Source: Rhizomicrobium sp.
Lineage (GTDB): Bacteria; Pseudomonadota; Alphaproteobacteria; Micropepsales; Micropepsaceae
NCBI GenBank assembly: GCA_036268825.1
Contig: DATATK010000130.1
Span: forward strand, 132-64,131
Direction: 5' to 3'
DNA: 64,000 nucleotides
Below the pieces are notes generated by a model, which was given only the letters and a program-made list of their open reading frames with translations, was not told the DNA's origin and did not search any database. Below are positions 9,784 through 19,875 of this stretch, in pieces. The position numbers were made by a program, and so were the translations under genes. The stretch's first letter is position 1, and every line of letters begins with the position of its first letter.

Positions 9784-11577
9784 CTAAGCCACTGCGGGTG
9801 CGGCGTCTTCCACGATGAACTGCACCCGGACCCGGCCGTTCCAGTCGTCGATCTTGAGCTTTCCGGCGGCGTGGATGCGCTGGCCGCGCGCGGCGAGCAG
9901 GGCCTCGCCCAAGGGCGCGGAGGCGGCGCGGAAAGCTATGGCGTCCAGCCGCGCGCCGTCCCCGCCCTCCAGCCGCAGGCGGACATGATCCTTGCCGACC
10001 ACATCGGCGAAGGCGACGCGGACATCCGGCGCAACCAGTAGCGGCTCGGGATTGCCGGCGCCGAACGGGCCGACGCGGGCGATCTCGTTCACCAGATCGG
10101 GCGTGGCGCCGCGGGGTGAGATGGCGAGATCGAGCGCAAGTTCGGATGCGGCGTCAAAGGCTTCGCCGTGCCCGTTGAACCGGAGTTCGAGGAATTCGCG
10201 GAAGACATCGAGCTTGGCGGCATCGAGCGAGAAGCCGGCCGCCATCGCGTGGCCGCCACCGGAATGCAGGTGGCCGCCCGCATGCGCCGCGCGGATCATC
10301 GCGCCGATGTCGATGCCGGGGATCGAGCGCGCGGAGCCGCGGCCCATTCCGCCTTCGAAACCAGCGACTAACGCCGGCTTGTTGAAGCGTTCCTTCAAGC
10401 GCCCGGCGACGATCCCGACGACGCCGGAATGCCAACCTTCGCCATGCACCAGCACGAACGGTGCATTCGCCTGAAGCGCGCCCATCACCAGCGCTTCCTC
10501 CAGGATCAGTCTTTCGAGCGCCTGGCGTTCCTTGTTGTGGACGTCGAGCAGTGCGGCGAGTTCGGCGGCGCGGTCCGGATCGCGCTCGATCAACAGCTCG
10601 GCGCCGAGGCTGCATTTGCCGACGCGCCCGCCGGCGTTGATGCGCGGGCCGAACAGGAAGCCGAGGTGATAGGGCGTGAATGGCGGCGCGATGCCCGCGA
10701 TCTCGGCCAGCGCCCGGATCGCGGGCCGCGCGAGGATCGAGAGCCGCGCCAGCCCTGCCCGCACGAAGGCGCGGTTGACGCCGACGAGCGGGACGACGTC
10801 GCAGATCGTGGCGAGGCCGACGAGATCGAGGCTGTCGCGCAGGTCCGGTTCGGCCACGGAGTTGGCGGCGTACCAGCCGCTGTCACGCAGCTCGCGATTC
10901 AACGCGACGAGGAAAACGAACGTGACGCCCGCAGCGCAGAGATGGCCGAGGCCGGACGTGTCGCCGGGCTGGTTGGGATTGACCTGCGCGAAGGCGGGCG
11001 GCGCGGTTTCGATGGCGTGGTGGTCGAGCACGACCACATCGACACCCGCGTCGCGCGCGGATTGCAGCGCCGCCGTCGCTGCGGCCCCGCAATCGACCGT
11101 GACGATGACGCTCGCGCCCTCGTTTTTTAGCGTCGCGAAGGCGGCGGCGCTGGGGCCGTAGCCTTCCGTCAGGCGATCCGGGATGTAGATGCGCGGCTTG
11201 CGGCCGAGCGCGGTGAGAAATTCGCTCATCAGCGCCGATGAGCACGAGCCGTCAACATCGTAGTCACCGAACACCGCGATCTTTTCGTTGCGTTCGATGG
11301 CGAGGCACAGTCGCGCGACGGCCTTGTCCACGTCCTTCAACGCGCGCGGCTCGGGCAGGAGTTGCTTGAGCGTCGGATTGAGGAAGCTTTCCATCTCCCC
11401 GTCCGGCATGCCGCGCGCGACGAGGAGGCGCGCCATCAAGGGCGAGATGTTCCAGCGCAGCGCCAGCGCGCGCACCGCGTCATCCGGCGCGTGGCGCAGG
11501 GTCCAGCTTCGGCCCGAGAAGGAGCGTGCGACGCCGAACGCCGCGGTGTTTTCAACGTGTGCGGCTTCAGCCAACAT
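9784..11577 (-). CDS. recJ: ssDNA exonuclease RecJ
   Basis: DHH motifs GDYDVDG, TVDCG, LDHH, GPRINAGGR, GGGHAMAAG. Confidence 0.96.
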   Translation of the reverse strand: MLAEAAHVENTAAFGVARSFSGRSWTLRHAPDDAVRALALRWNISPLMARLLVARGMPDGEMESFLNPTLKQLLPEPRALKDVDKAVARLCLAIERNEKIAVFGDYDVDGSCSSALMSEFLTALGRKPRIYIPDRLTEGYGPSAAAFATLKNEGASVIVTVDCGAAATAALQSARDAGVDVVVLDHHAIETAPPAFAQVNPNQPGDTSGLGHLCAAGVTFVFLVALNRELRDSGWYAANSVAEPDLRDSLDLVGLATICDVVPLVGVNRAFVRAGLARLSILARPAIRALAEIAGIAPPFTPYHLGFLFGPRINAGGRVGKCSLGAELLIERDPDRAAELAALLDVHNKERQALERLILEEALVMGALQANAPFVLVHGEGWHSGVVGIVAGRLKERFNKPALVAGFEGGMGRGSARSIPGIDIGAMIRAAHAGGHLHSGGGHAMAAGFSLDAAKLDVFREFLELRFNGHGEAFDAASELALDLAISPRGATPDLVNEIARVGPFGAGNPEPLLVAPDVRVAFADVVGKDHVRLRLEGGDGARLDAIAFRAASAPLGEALLAARGQRIHAAGKLKIDDWNGRVRVQFIVEDAAPAVA

Positions 11578-12526
11578 CCCGCCGCCGATGCCGCGCCTTC
11601 ACCCAGCGCACGGTGCCCGTTTCCGAGCGCATCACGATGGAGTGGGTGTGGACGTATTCGGAATCCGTGTGCACGCCCGACAGCATCGAGCCGTCCGTCA
11701 CGCCGGTGGCGGCGAAGATCACGTCGCCGGAGGCCAGATCCATCAGCGTGTATTTCTTGTTGAAATCGGTGATGCCGAGCTTGGCGGCGCGGGCGCGTTC
11801 GTCGTCTTTCTTGAACACCAGACGCGTCTGGATCTGCCCGCCGATACAGCGTAGCGCCGCCGCGGCCAGCACGCCCTCGGGCGCGCCGCCCTGGCCGATA
11901 TAGATGTCGATGCCCGTCGCGGGATCGGAGGTCGCGATCACGCCGGCGACGTCGCCGTCGGTGATCAGGCGCACCGCGGCGCCGGCCCGGCGCACGCTCT
12001 CGATGATGTGCGCATGGCGCGGACGGTCGAGGATCAGCGCGGTGATGTCGCCCGGCGGAACGCCCTTGGCCTTGGCGAGGCTGATGATGTTGTCCGCCGG
12101 ATCGGCGTCCAAATCGATGACGCCTTCGGCATAGCCGCCGCCGATTGCGATCTTGTCCATATAGGTGTCGGGCGCGTTGAGCAGTGTGCCGGGCTCGGCG
12201 ATCGCCATCACGGCGAGCGCGTTGGAGAGCGCCTTGGCGGTGAGCGTAGTGCCTTCGAGAGGATCGAGCGCGATGTCGACCTTCACGCCGCCGGAACCGA
12301 CCTTCTCGCCGATATAGAGCATCGGCGCTTCGTCGCGCTCGCCCTCGCCGATCACGACCGTACCGTCGATGGGCAGCATGTTGAACGCGGTGCGCATCGC
12401 TTCGACGGCCGCGTGGTCGGCGGCGTGCTCATCGCCGCGACCGATCTGCTTGGCGGCGCCGATGGCGGCGGCTTCGGTGACGCGGACGGCCTCGATGGCG
12501 AAGACGCGTTCCAGATATTGTGACAT
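11567..12526 (-). CDS. glpX: Class II fructose-1,6-bisphosphatase
   Basis: VIGEGERDEAPMLYIGE, DPLEGT, GGAPEGVLAAAA, FAATGVTDG; start placed at MSQYLER. Confidence 0.96.
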   Translation of the reverse strand: MSQYLERVFAIEAVRVTEAAAIGAAKQIGRGDEHAADHAAVEAMRTAFNMLPIDGTVVIGEGERDEAPMLYIGEKVGSGGVKVDIALDPLEGTTLTAKALSNALAVMAIAEPGTLLNAPDTYMDKIAIGGGYAEGVIDLDADPADNIISLAKAKGVPPGDITALILDRPRHAHIIESVRRAGAAVRLITDGDVAGVIATSDPATGIDIYIGQGGAPEGVLAAAALRCIGGQIQTRLVFKKDDERARAAKLGITDFNKKYTLMDLASGDVIFAATGVTDGSMLSGVHTDSEYVHTHSIVMRSETGTVRWVKARHRRRDVG

Positions 12527-12555
12527 TTCCTGCCCCGTTATGCGTGATGCCGGTC

Positions 12556-13842
12556 TCAGCCGGCTTCCATGGGAATCATTGAGGGTGTGCCCAGTACCTT
12601 GTCCGAGGCGGCAATCGCCTTCAAGGCGCGCTCGACCGAAGGCTGTGCGCATTCGTGGGTGATCATGACGATGGCCACCGGCTCGCCCGGCGCCCGGCCA
12701 CGCTGGATCATGCTTTCGATGGAAACCTCGGCCTCCGACAGGTGCCGCGCGATATCGGCCAGCACGCCGGACACATCCAGCACGCCGAAGCGCAGGTAGA
12801 ACGGCGAAACCCGCGCGTCCGGCGGGGCCGGGGTCGCGGATCTGAGCGCCTTGGCCGGGCGGCCGAATGCCGGGCTCACGTCGCCGCGCGCGATGTCCAC
12901 CAGATCGGCGATGACGGCGGAGGCAGTCGGCGCCTCGCCCGCACCACGGCCCTGGAAAAAGAACGGCCCGGCCTCGCCCGCATGGGCAACGACGGCGTTG
13001 AACGACGAGTCTACATCGGCGAGCGGCGTGCCGAGTCTGACCATGCAAGGCTGCACGCGCTGGTCCAGGCCGCGCGGCGTCATCTTGGCGACGCCCAGCA
13101 GCTTGATCCGATAGCCGAACTCGCGTGCGAAACGGATGTCCTCCGGCGCGATGGAGGCGATGCCCTGCGTCGGGATGTCCGCCAGCTCCGGCTTGATGCC
13201 GAAAGCGAGGCTCGACAGCAGCGCAAGCTTGTGCGCGGTGTCGCCGCCTCCGACGTCGAGCGTGGGATCGGCTTCCGCGTAACCCAGATGCTGCGCCTCG
13301 GCGAGCACATCCGCGAACGGGCGGCCCGTCGCTTCCATCTGCGTCAGGATGAAATTGCAGGTGCCGTTGAGGATGCCGCGCACCGCGGTGATGCCGTGCG
13401 CGATCAGGCTCTCGCGCAATGCCTTCACGATGGGAATGCCGCCCGCCGCGGCCGCTTCGAATTTCAGCGCGGCGTTATGCTCTTCGGCAAGCGCGGCGAG
13501 CGCGGCGCCATGGCTCGCGAGCAGCGCCTTGTTCGCGGTGACGACATGCTTGCCGTTCGCCAGTGCATCCCGCACCAGCGCGTGCGCCACGCCGTTCTCG
13601 CCGCCGATCAATTCGATGACCACATCGGCGTCGGACTTGGCGAGCGCGACGGGGTCATCGCTCCACGCGATGGCGGAAAGATCGGTGGCGCGGCGTTTCT
13701 TGCGGTCGCGGGCGGAGACGGCGACGAGTTCGAGCTTGCGGCCCGCGCGTTCGGACAGTTCATCGCCGCGCAGCGCGAGCAGCCGCGCGACACCGCCGCC
13801 GACGGTGCCCAGGCCTGCAATGGCGATACGAAGAGGCTTCAT
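12556..13842 (-). CDS. hom: Homoserine dehydrogenase
   Basis: GLGTVGGG, VVTANKA, GILNGTCNFIL, GYAEADP, C-terminal ACT domain. Confidence 0.96.
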   Translation of the reverse strand: MKPLRIAIAGLGTVGGGVARLLALRGDELSERAGRKLELVAVSARDRKKRRATDLSAIAWSDDPVALAKSDADVVIELIGGENGVAHALVRDALANGKHVVTANKALLASHGAALAALAEEHNAALKFEAAAAGGIPIVKALRESLIAHGITAVRGILNGTCNFILTQMEATGRPFADVLAEAQHLGYAEADPTLDVGGGDTAHKLALLSSLAFGIKPELADIPTQGIASIAPEDIRFAREFGYRIKLLGVAKMTPRGLDQRVQPCMVRLGTPLADVDSSFNAVVAHAGEAGPFFFQGRGAGEAPTASAVIADLVDIARGDVSPAFGRPAKALRSATPAPPDARVSPFYLRFGVLDVSGVLADIARHLSEAEVSIESMIQRGRAPGEPVAIVMITHECAQPSVERALKAIAASDKVLGTPSMIPMEAG

Positions 13843-13855
13843 TCTCAAATTTCCT

Positions 13856-13876
13856 ACCCTCCCTCACGGGGAGGGT
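13856..13876. repeat. Solo terminal hairpin of the subfamily I palindromic repeat
   Basis: ACCCTCCCTCACGGGGAGGGT matches the terminal arm ACCCTCCCTCAAGGGGAGGGT of the full copies. Confidence 0.7.
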
Positions 13877-13883
13877 GGAAAGT

Positions 13884-15287
13884 TCAGCTTTGCACGAAGA
13901 TCTCGGCGCGGCGATTGCCTTCCTCGCCCTGCGGCATCGATTCGTAATAGACTGGCTGGGCATCGCCCACCGCTTCCACCAGAACCTTGTTCGCGGGCAC
14001 GCCCAACGCGATCAGCTCACGCGCGACGGCATTGGCGCGCGCCTGCGACCGCTCGAAGTTGAAGATCAGGTGACGTTGCAGCGACATGCTCGCGGTGCGG
14101 CTGGAGGAATGGCCGACGACGCGGATGTAACCCTGTCCGCCCGCGGCCTGGAACGCCTGCACGGCCGCGCGAACCTGCGCCTTGCCGGAGCCGTTCAGCA
14201 CCGTGGTGTCATGCGGGAAGAACACCACCGACGTCGGCGGCAGGCCCGCGGTGTTGGAATAGACCGAAGCGGTTGGCGCGACGGAGCCGCCCTGCAGCGC
14301 GTCGAAATTGGCGACAACGGCGCCGCTCATCCTCTCGGGCCCGCCCATCGCCTTGCCGGGCGTGGCCATGGCGGCGCCGGACGACGGCATCGCCACCGAA
14401 CCGGCGCCGGAGGTCTGGCGGTAGCGTGCGATGATCGGCGCGGGCACGAATTGCGAAACCGACGGATCGAGCGGCGGCGCCTTGGACGGCTGGAAGCCGA
14501 GATCGGCATCGGAAACCTGGCCCTGCGCACCTGTGACCGGACCGGATGAAGACAGGGCCGTCGGCATCATGGGCGCATTCATCGGCACGGCGGGCAGGCT
14601 GCCGGACATTGGGGCCGGCATCGGCGTCGCGACCGGTGCATCGGCCATCGCAACCTGCGTGGCCGGCGTCGCCGAAGAACTTGTCCCTGAGACGGCCGGA
14701 ACGGCGGGACCGCCGGATGAAGATGGCATCGGGGTCGCGGCAACCGTGCGTGTCGGGCGCGCGGCGGGCGCCGCGGACGTGTCGCCGGTACCGGGACCGC
14801 CGGTTGCGTCGATGGCGCCATTGTCGCCGGTGTCGGGCGCCGTGCTGGCGGTCTGTTCGGCGGGCTGCGGCGCAGCGGCCGGCGCCGGAGTTGTGGACGC
14901 CTGGTGGCTCGGCGGCGCGGTGCTGGCGACATCGTCGGCCGATGGCGGCGGTGGTGCGCCCGGTGGCGGGGCAGCGGCTTCAGTACCGCCGCGCAGGGCG
15001 TCGCCGCTATATTGGTTGTGCGCCTGATCCTGCTTGAGCGAATCGGCGACCTGCTTCTGATCGTCCGGCGTGGACGGCACGGCAGGCTTGTCGGGGATGC
15101 CGGCGAGATCGGGCGCTTGCTGGCCGTTATCCGCCGTCTGGTCCATCTGCTCGCCGGAAGACGTTTCGCCAGCGTCTCCGCCCATCCAGCCGGGGATGAT
15201 CGAACACGCGCCCAAACCGCCAGCCACGGCGGCAATGACCGCCGCGCGCGCGAGCAATCCCGGCAACCGACCCAGTACCAACGTCAT
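13884..15287 (-). CDS. OmpA-family lipoprotein with long Pro/Ala/Ser/Thr-rich linker
   Basis: Lipobox LGAC; C-terminal OmpA domain (IRVVGHSS, SQARANAVARELIALGV, NRRAEIF). Confidence 0.85.
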   Translation of the reverse strand: MTLVLGRLPGLLARAAVIAAVAGGLGACSIIPGWMGGDAGETSSGEQMDQTADNGQQAPDLAGIPDKPAVPSTPDDQKQVADSLKQDQAHNQYSGDALRGGTEAAAPPPGAPPPPSADDVASTAPPSHQASTTPAPAAAPQPAEQTASTAPDTGDNGAIDATGGPGTGDTSAAPAARPTRTVAATPMPSSSGGPAVPAVSGTSSSATPATQVAMADAPVATPMPAPMSGSLPAVPMNAPMMPTALSSSGPVTGAQGQVSDADLGFQPSKAPPLDPSVSQFVPAPIIARYRQTSGAGSVAMPSSGAAMATPGKAMGGPERMSGAVVANFDALQGGSVAPTASVYSNTAGLPPTSVVFFPHDTTVLNGSGKAQVRAAVQAFQAAGGQGYIRVVGHSSSRTASMSLQRHLIFNFERSQARANAVARELIALGVPANKVLVEAVGDAQPVYYESMPQGEEGNRRAEIFVQS

Positions 15288-15461
15288 GCCCAAGCCTCCG
15301 TGTAGCCGCCCCATATACCCGTCCACTGGGCGGGTTCCAAGGGAAACTGCGAGCGAAATCAATGATTCTTCGGTTACGTGGCAATCATTTCCGCTGTTGG
15401 TCTGCCTTGCGGTTGTGCAGCTGCACACGTTAACTAGGGCCGATATCATTGCAGGTGCGAA

Positions 15462-17315
15462 ATGGCCGGGAAGACCTCCGAAACGCCTCCACGCGACACC
15501 CCGCGCGAAAAAGACGCCTACAAGATCGGCGATCCGGCGGCATTCACCCGCAACATGATGCGGGTCGGCCAGCAGTCGCAGCGCCTGTTGTCGGACTTCA
15601 TGAAGCGGCAATCCGCCAAATCCAAGAACGAGCCATCCGATCCGCTCAACCTGGGCAACACGTTCATGGAACTGTTGCGCGGCATGGCGTCGGACCCCGG
15701 CGCGATGGTCGAGGCCCAGTTCAAGCTGTGGCGCGACTACATGAACCTGTGGGAGCACACCGCCCGCCGCATGATGGGCGGCGACGCCGCGGACGTGATC
15801 TCGCCCGCCTCCGGCGACAAGCGCTTCAAGGACAAGGACTGGGACGAGAACCAGGTCTTCGCCTTCATCAAGCAAAGCTACCTTCTCACCGCCAACTGGA
15901 TGCAGGAGACCGTCGCCAAGGCGGACAACAAGCTCGACATCAAGTCGCGCAAGCGCATCGAATTCTACACCAAGCAGTTCGCGGACGCGATCGCGCCGAC
16001 CAATTTCGTGATGACCAATCCCGAAGTGCTGCGCGCCACCTTCCAGAGCAACGGCGAGAACCTGGTGAAAGGCCTCGACAACCTGCTCGAAGATCTCGAC
16101 CGCGGCCAGGGCCAGCTTTCCATCCGCCAGTCGGCCGACGCGTTCCGAATCGGCGAGAACATCGCGACCGCCCCCGGCAAGGTGGTGTTCCGCAACGCGC
16201 TGATCGAACTTCTCCAGTTCGATCCCACGACCGAGAAGGTTTATGAGCGTCCACTGCTGATCTTCCCGCCCTGGATCAACAAGTTCTACATCCTCGATTT
16301 GCGCCCGGAGAATTCCTTTATCCGCTGGGCGGTGGACCAGGGCTACACGGTGTTCGTCGCCTCTTGGGTGAACCCGGACCGCAAGCTGGCGCAGAAGACC
16401 TTCGAGGACTACATGCGGGAGGGCATCTTCGAGGCGCTGGACGCCGCAAAGAAAGCCACCGGCGCCGACAAGATCAACACGATCGGCTACTGCATCGGCG
16501 GCACGCTGCTCTCGGCCACCCTCGCCTACATGGCCGCGACCAAGGACGACCGCATCAACTCCGCCACCTTCTTCGCCGCGCAGGCGGACTTCAGCGAGGC
16601 CGGCGACCTGCAGGTCTTCATCGACGACGAACAACTCGACGCGCTGCAGCAGCAGATGGAGAACGACGGCGGCGTGCTCGAAGGGCGCAAGATGGGCACC
16701 ACCTTCAACATGCTGCGCGCCAACGACCTGATCTGGTCCTTCGTGGTAAGCAACTATCTGCTCGGCAAGGAGCCGGCGCCGTTCGACCTGCTCTACTGGA
16801 ATTCCGACACGACGCGCATGCCCGAGGCGACGCATCTGTTCTATCTGCGCCAGTTCTACAAGAACAACGCGCTCTCCACCGGCAAGATGAGCTTCGACAA
16901 CGTGAAGCTGGATCTGCACAAGGTGAAGGTGCCCGTCTACCTGCAAAGCGCGAAGGACGATCACATCGCGCCGTTCCGCTCGGTCTACAAATCCACCCAC
17001 CTGTTCGGCGGCCCGGTCCGTTACATCATCGCCGGCAGCGGCCACATCGCCGGCGTGATCAACCCGCCGAGCGCCAACAAGTACCAGTTCTGGACCAACG
17101 ACAAATTCGGCGGCGAAAAAGGCAAGCCCTACCCCGCCACCGTCGAGGACTGGCAAGCCGGCACGACGGAAACGCCCGGCTCCTGGTGGGGCGACTGGGA
17201 CAAATGGCTCTCCAAACTCTCCGGCAAGAAAGTCGCCGCACGCAAACCCGGCGACGGCAAGCTCAAAGTTCTGGGCGACGCGCCGGGGACATATGTTAAG
17301 GTGAAGGCGGAGTAG
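15462..17315 (+). CDS. phaC: Class I poly(3-hydroxyalkanoate) synthase
   Basis: PPWINKFYILDL, lipase-box GYCIGG, DHIAP, SGHIAG, GSWW. Confidence 0.97.
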   Translation: MAGKTSETPPRDTPREKDAYKIGDPAAFTRNMMRVGQQSQRLLSDFMKRQSAKSKNEPSDPLNLGNTFMELLRGMASDPGAMVEAQFKLWRDYMNLWEHTARRMMGGDAADVISPASGDKRFKDKDWDENQVFAFIKQSYLLTANWMQETVAKADNKLDIKSRKRIEFYTKQFADAIAPTNFVMTNPEVLRATFQSNGENLVKGLDNLLEDLDRGQGQLSIRQSADAFRIGENIATAPGKVVFRNALIELLQFDPTTEKVYERPLLIFPPWINKFYILDLRPENSFIRWAVDQGYTVFVASWVNPDRKLAQKTFEDYMREGIFEALDAAKKATGADKINTIGYCIGGTLLSATLAYMAATKDDRINSATFFAAQADFSEAGDLQVFIDDEQLDALQQQMENDGGVLEGRKMGTTFNMLRANDLIWSFVVSNYLLGKEPAPFDLLYWNSDTTRMPEATHLFYLRQFYKNNALSTGKMSFDNVKLDLHKVKVPVYLQSAKDDHIAPFRSVYKSTHLFGGPVRYIIAGSGHIAGVINPPSANKYQFWTNDKFGGEKGKPYPATVEDWQAGTTETPGSWWGDWDKWLSKLSGKKVAARKPGDGKLKVLGDAPGTYVKVKAE

Positions 17316-17358
17316 AAGCGGACACCATAGAAGCCCATCGCGTCATGTTCATCCGGTC

Positions 17359-17763
17359 CTAAGCGCCCTTCTGGGACTTCTTCTGCTCTTCGTCCTGGGC
17401 TTTGCGGATCATGTCTTCGCCCATGCTCTTCATCGCAGCACCACGCGTGATCAAGATGGCGCCGCAACGCGTGGCTTCGGCGCGGATATCGTCCTGCGAC
17501 AGCTTGTGCAAGTCGTCGATGAGCCGGGTTTCCAGATCGAGATCAGGCGTACGCGCATCAAGGCGCCCCATGAAATACATGTTCGCCATCGTCCCGGCGG
17601 TTACGAGGGATGGATTGCCGGAATTTGCCATGTTAATCGCGACGAGCACACAGCGCACGTCGGCTTCGGTGGCGACCTCCGTGGCATCGCTTGTCGTATC
17701 CGCGGACGATGTCGCGGTGCCGGCCAAACAGAGGACTGCGGCAGCGAGCAGTGTGTAGCGCAT
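17359..17763 (-). CDS. Secreted hypothetical protein (2 Cys in mature region)
   Basis: GGAGAG RBS; signal peptide MRYTLLAAAVLCLAGTATSSA; D.RC...YFMGRLD...RCG pattern. Confidence 0.7.
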   Translation of the reverse strand: MRYTLLAAAVLCLAGTATSSADTTSDATEVATEADVRCVLVAINMANSGNPSLVTAGTMANMYFMGRLDARTPDLDLETRLIDDLHKLSQDDIRAEATRCGAILITRGAAMKSMGEDMIRKAQDEEQKKSQKGA

Positions 17764-17860
17764 TTGTTTCTCTCCATTCGTAGCCAAGATAGCCCAGCCC
17801 ACCCGATCACAACATCCTTCTCCGTGCGTCCTTTCTCCAAAGGGACTCACGGGAGATCGC

Positions 17861-18535
17861 ATGCGCGCGCAACCTTTCCTGCAATGGCTGAGCATGAACT
17901 ACAATCCCGCGGTCGCGCAGGCCGTGGCGGGAGCGCCGCAGTTTCGCGGCGGCTGGGAGGGATGGCTGCAGGTCGAGATCGCCCGCACCTTCCTCGCGCA
18001 GGGCGGCAGCGCCGTCTGCGAGCGCGAGATGCCCTACCCCGACGGCAACGGCGCCTATGTCAGCTATGCGCCGGCCACCGGACAGGCGGCGCCGGGCGCG
18101 GCGGGCAATGGCGCGGCGCGCTGCGATTTCTACCTGCAGCGCAACGCCGGGATCCTCGACCAGACCTATCTCGAATTGAAATGCAGCAACTCGCTGGCGC
18201 CGCAGCCGGCGACCGATGCGTGGGCGCGGTTCGACAACGACATCACCAAGATCACCGCGGTGGCGGGCGTCAACAACCTGCTCAACTGCATCGCGCTGCT
18301 CGGCGTCTGGGGGATCATCGACCCCAACAACAACGCCAACCAGGGCGGCCCGAACGGCCATCCGCTGAACTGGTACTGGCAGGGTGGGCGCTCGGCCTAT
18401 ATCTGGGACACCTCGCTCGTCCCCAATCCGCAGAACCCCGCCGCCGTCGTCACCACGCTGCAGGCGGCGCAGCAGGGCGTGCAGAACGTGCTGCAGAACA
18501 ACCGGCTGCTGATCATCGCGGTGTCGCCGCCATAG
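17861..18535 (+). CDS. Hypothetical protein, possible PD-(D/E)xK nuclease fold
   Basis: GGGAG RBS, host-like codon usage; GGWEGWLQVE...ERE..Y...CDF...YLELKC. Confidence 0.7.
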   Translation: MRAQPFLQWLSMNYNPAVAQAVAGAPQFRGGWEGWLQVEIARTFLAQGGSAVCEREMPYPDGNGAYVSYAPATGQAAPGAAGNGAARCDFYLQRNAGILDQTYLELKCSNSLAPQPATDAWARFDNDITKITAVAGVNNLLNCIALLGVWGIIDPNNNANQGGPNGHPLNWYWQGGRSAYIWDTSLVPNPQNPAAVVTTLQAAQQGVQNVLQNNRLLIIAVSPP

Positions 18536-18555
18536 GACGCGGCATTCGCCGAGCC

Positions 18556-19875
18556 CTATTGCACCGACGCTTCCAGCAGCCGGACGAACTCCTCCTTCTG
18601 CTTGTCGTCGATCCAGCGCACCACGGCGACCATGTCGTGCTCGGTGTCGATGAACACGATGTTGTCGCCATTGCCGATGAAGGCGGCAGCGTCGGCGCGC
18701 GCGGCGGGGAAGAGCTTCTGGCCGGTGTTGAGGAACCAGTTCATGTAGCCATAGCCGGGATTGGGCCCCGTCGGCGTGCGCGCCATCTTGATCCATTGTT
18801 CGGAGAGGATCTGCCGGCCGCCCCAATTGCCGTTGTTCAAACCCAGCAGTCCCATCCGCGCCAGATCTCGCGCCGAGATGAACATGCCGCCGCCCCAATG
18901 CCCGCCGCCCGGCACCACATGGATGCGCTTGCCGCCGATGACGACCCAGGAATTGGAATAGCCTTCCCAATGCCAGCTATCGGACGCGCCGATTGGATCC
19001 ATCACATATTGCTTGAGCACGCCGGGCAACGGACGTTTCCACAGATAGGTGAGCGCGAGCGAGAACGCGTTCACCCGCACGTCCGAATATTTCCATTGCT
19101 CGCCGACGGGCGGCGGCCCCGCCGCGAGTTCGTCCCACGCATTCTTGCCGGGACGGTCCGCCCACCACGGCTTGCCCCACATCGTGCCGACCCAGCCGGA
19201 GGTCTGCCGCAGCATCTCGTCCCAGGTGATGGGCTGGTTGTGTGGCAGCATGAAGTCGGGCGTAGGGCGCACATAATCGATCACCCGGTCGTTCACGTCG
19301 CGGATCATGTGCCTGTCGAACGCGATGCCCGCGACGGACGACAGGAACGTCTTCGTCGCCGAATGCGTCATGTCGACCGCATGGGTATCGCCCCATTCGG
19401 CGACGATGTAGCCATGACGGATGACGATGCCGTTGGCCGGCGCATGCACGCTGAGCGGACCGATGGGATCGGAGAACGGCTCTTTCGCGAATTGCAGCGG
19501 GATGGTGATGCGCTGGTCGCGCTGGTCGATCACGCCGTCGAGATCGGGTGTGAGCCTGGTCTCATGCGCCACCGCGAAGTCGATTGCGGCCTGCAGCTTC
19601 GCCGGATCGAAGCCCTCTTGCGCGGGCGTGTGCGTTTGCCACTCGGTCCCGGGCGGCGGAACGTAGTCCGCGGCGAAAGCGGACGTCGCGAGGAGGAGTG
19701 TTGCAACGAAAAAAGAAACCACCCTCCCCTCGAGGGAGGATCGACAATTTGCTTCGCGCAGCGGCGCAAATTTCGGGAAGGGGCTCAGGCATGGGCCGTC
19801 GAATGAGCCCCTTCCCGAAAAACGCTTCGCATTTTTCGACCCTCCCTCAAGGGGAGGGTAACAAGAATACATCAT
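18556..19875 (-). CDS. Serine hydrolase / beta-lactamase class C-like protein
   Basis: SxxK motif HSATK, WKYSD, GGMFISARDLARMG, YGYMNW. Start is ATG 19875 overlapping the upstream stop, or GTG near 19722. Confidence 0.88.
   Translation of the reverse strand: MMYSCYPPLEGGSKNAKRFSGRGSFDGPCLSPFPKFAPLREANCRSSLEGRVVSFFVATLLLATSAFAADYVPPPGTEWQTHTPAQEGFDPAKLQAAIDFAVAHETRLTPDLDGVIDQRDQRITIPLQFAKEPFSDPIGPLSVHAPANGIVIRHGYIVAEWGDTHAVDMTHSATKTFLSSVAGIAFDRHMIRDVNDRVIDYVRPTPDFMLPHNQPITWDEMLRQTSGWVGTMWGKPWWADRPGKNAWDELAAGPPPVGEQWKYSDVRVNAFSLALTYLWKRPLPGVLKQYVMDPIGASDSWHWEGYSNSWVVIGGKRIHVVPGGGHWGGGMFISARDLARMGLLGLNNGNWGGRQILSEQWIKMARTPTGPNPGYGYMNWFLNTGQKLFPAARADAAAFIGNGDNIVFIDTEHDMVAVVRWIDDKQKEEFVRLLEASVQ
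19721..19859. repeat. Branched palindromic repeat, subfamily I, overlapping the 5' end of the serine hydrolase ORF
   Basis: ACCCTCCCCTCGAGGGAGG...TTTCGGGAAGGGG...CCCCTTCCCGAAAA...CCCTCCCTCAAGGGGAGGGT. Confidence 0.9.

Noticed and set aside
15288-17156. 1090-aa minus-strand ORF (13884-17156)
   Set aside because: The upstream ~620 codons are mostly the antisense shadow of phaC; the real lipoprotein starts near 15287.
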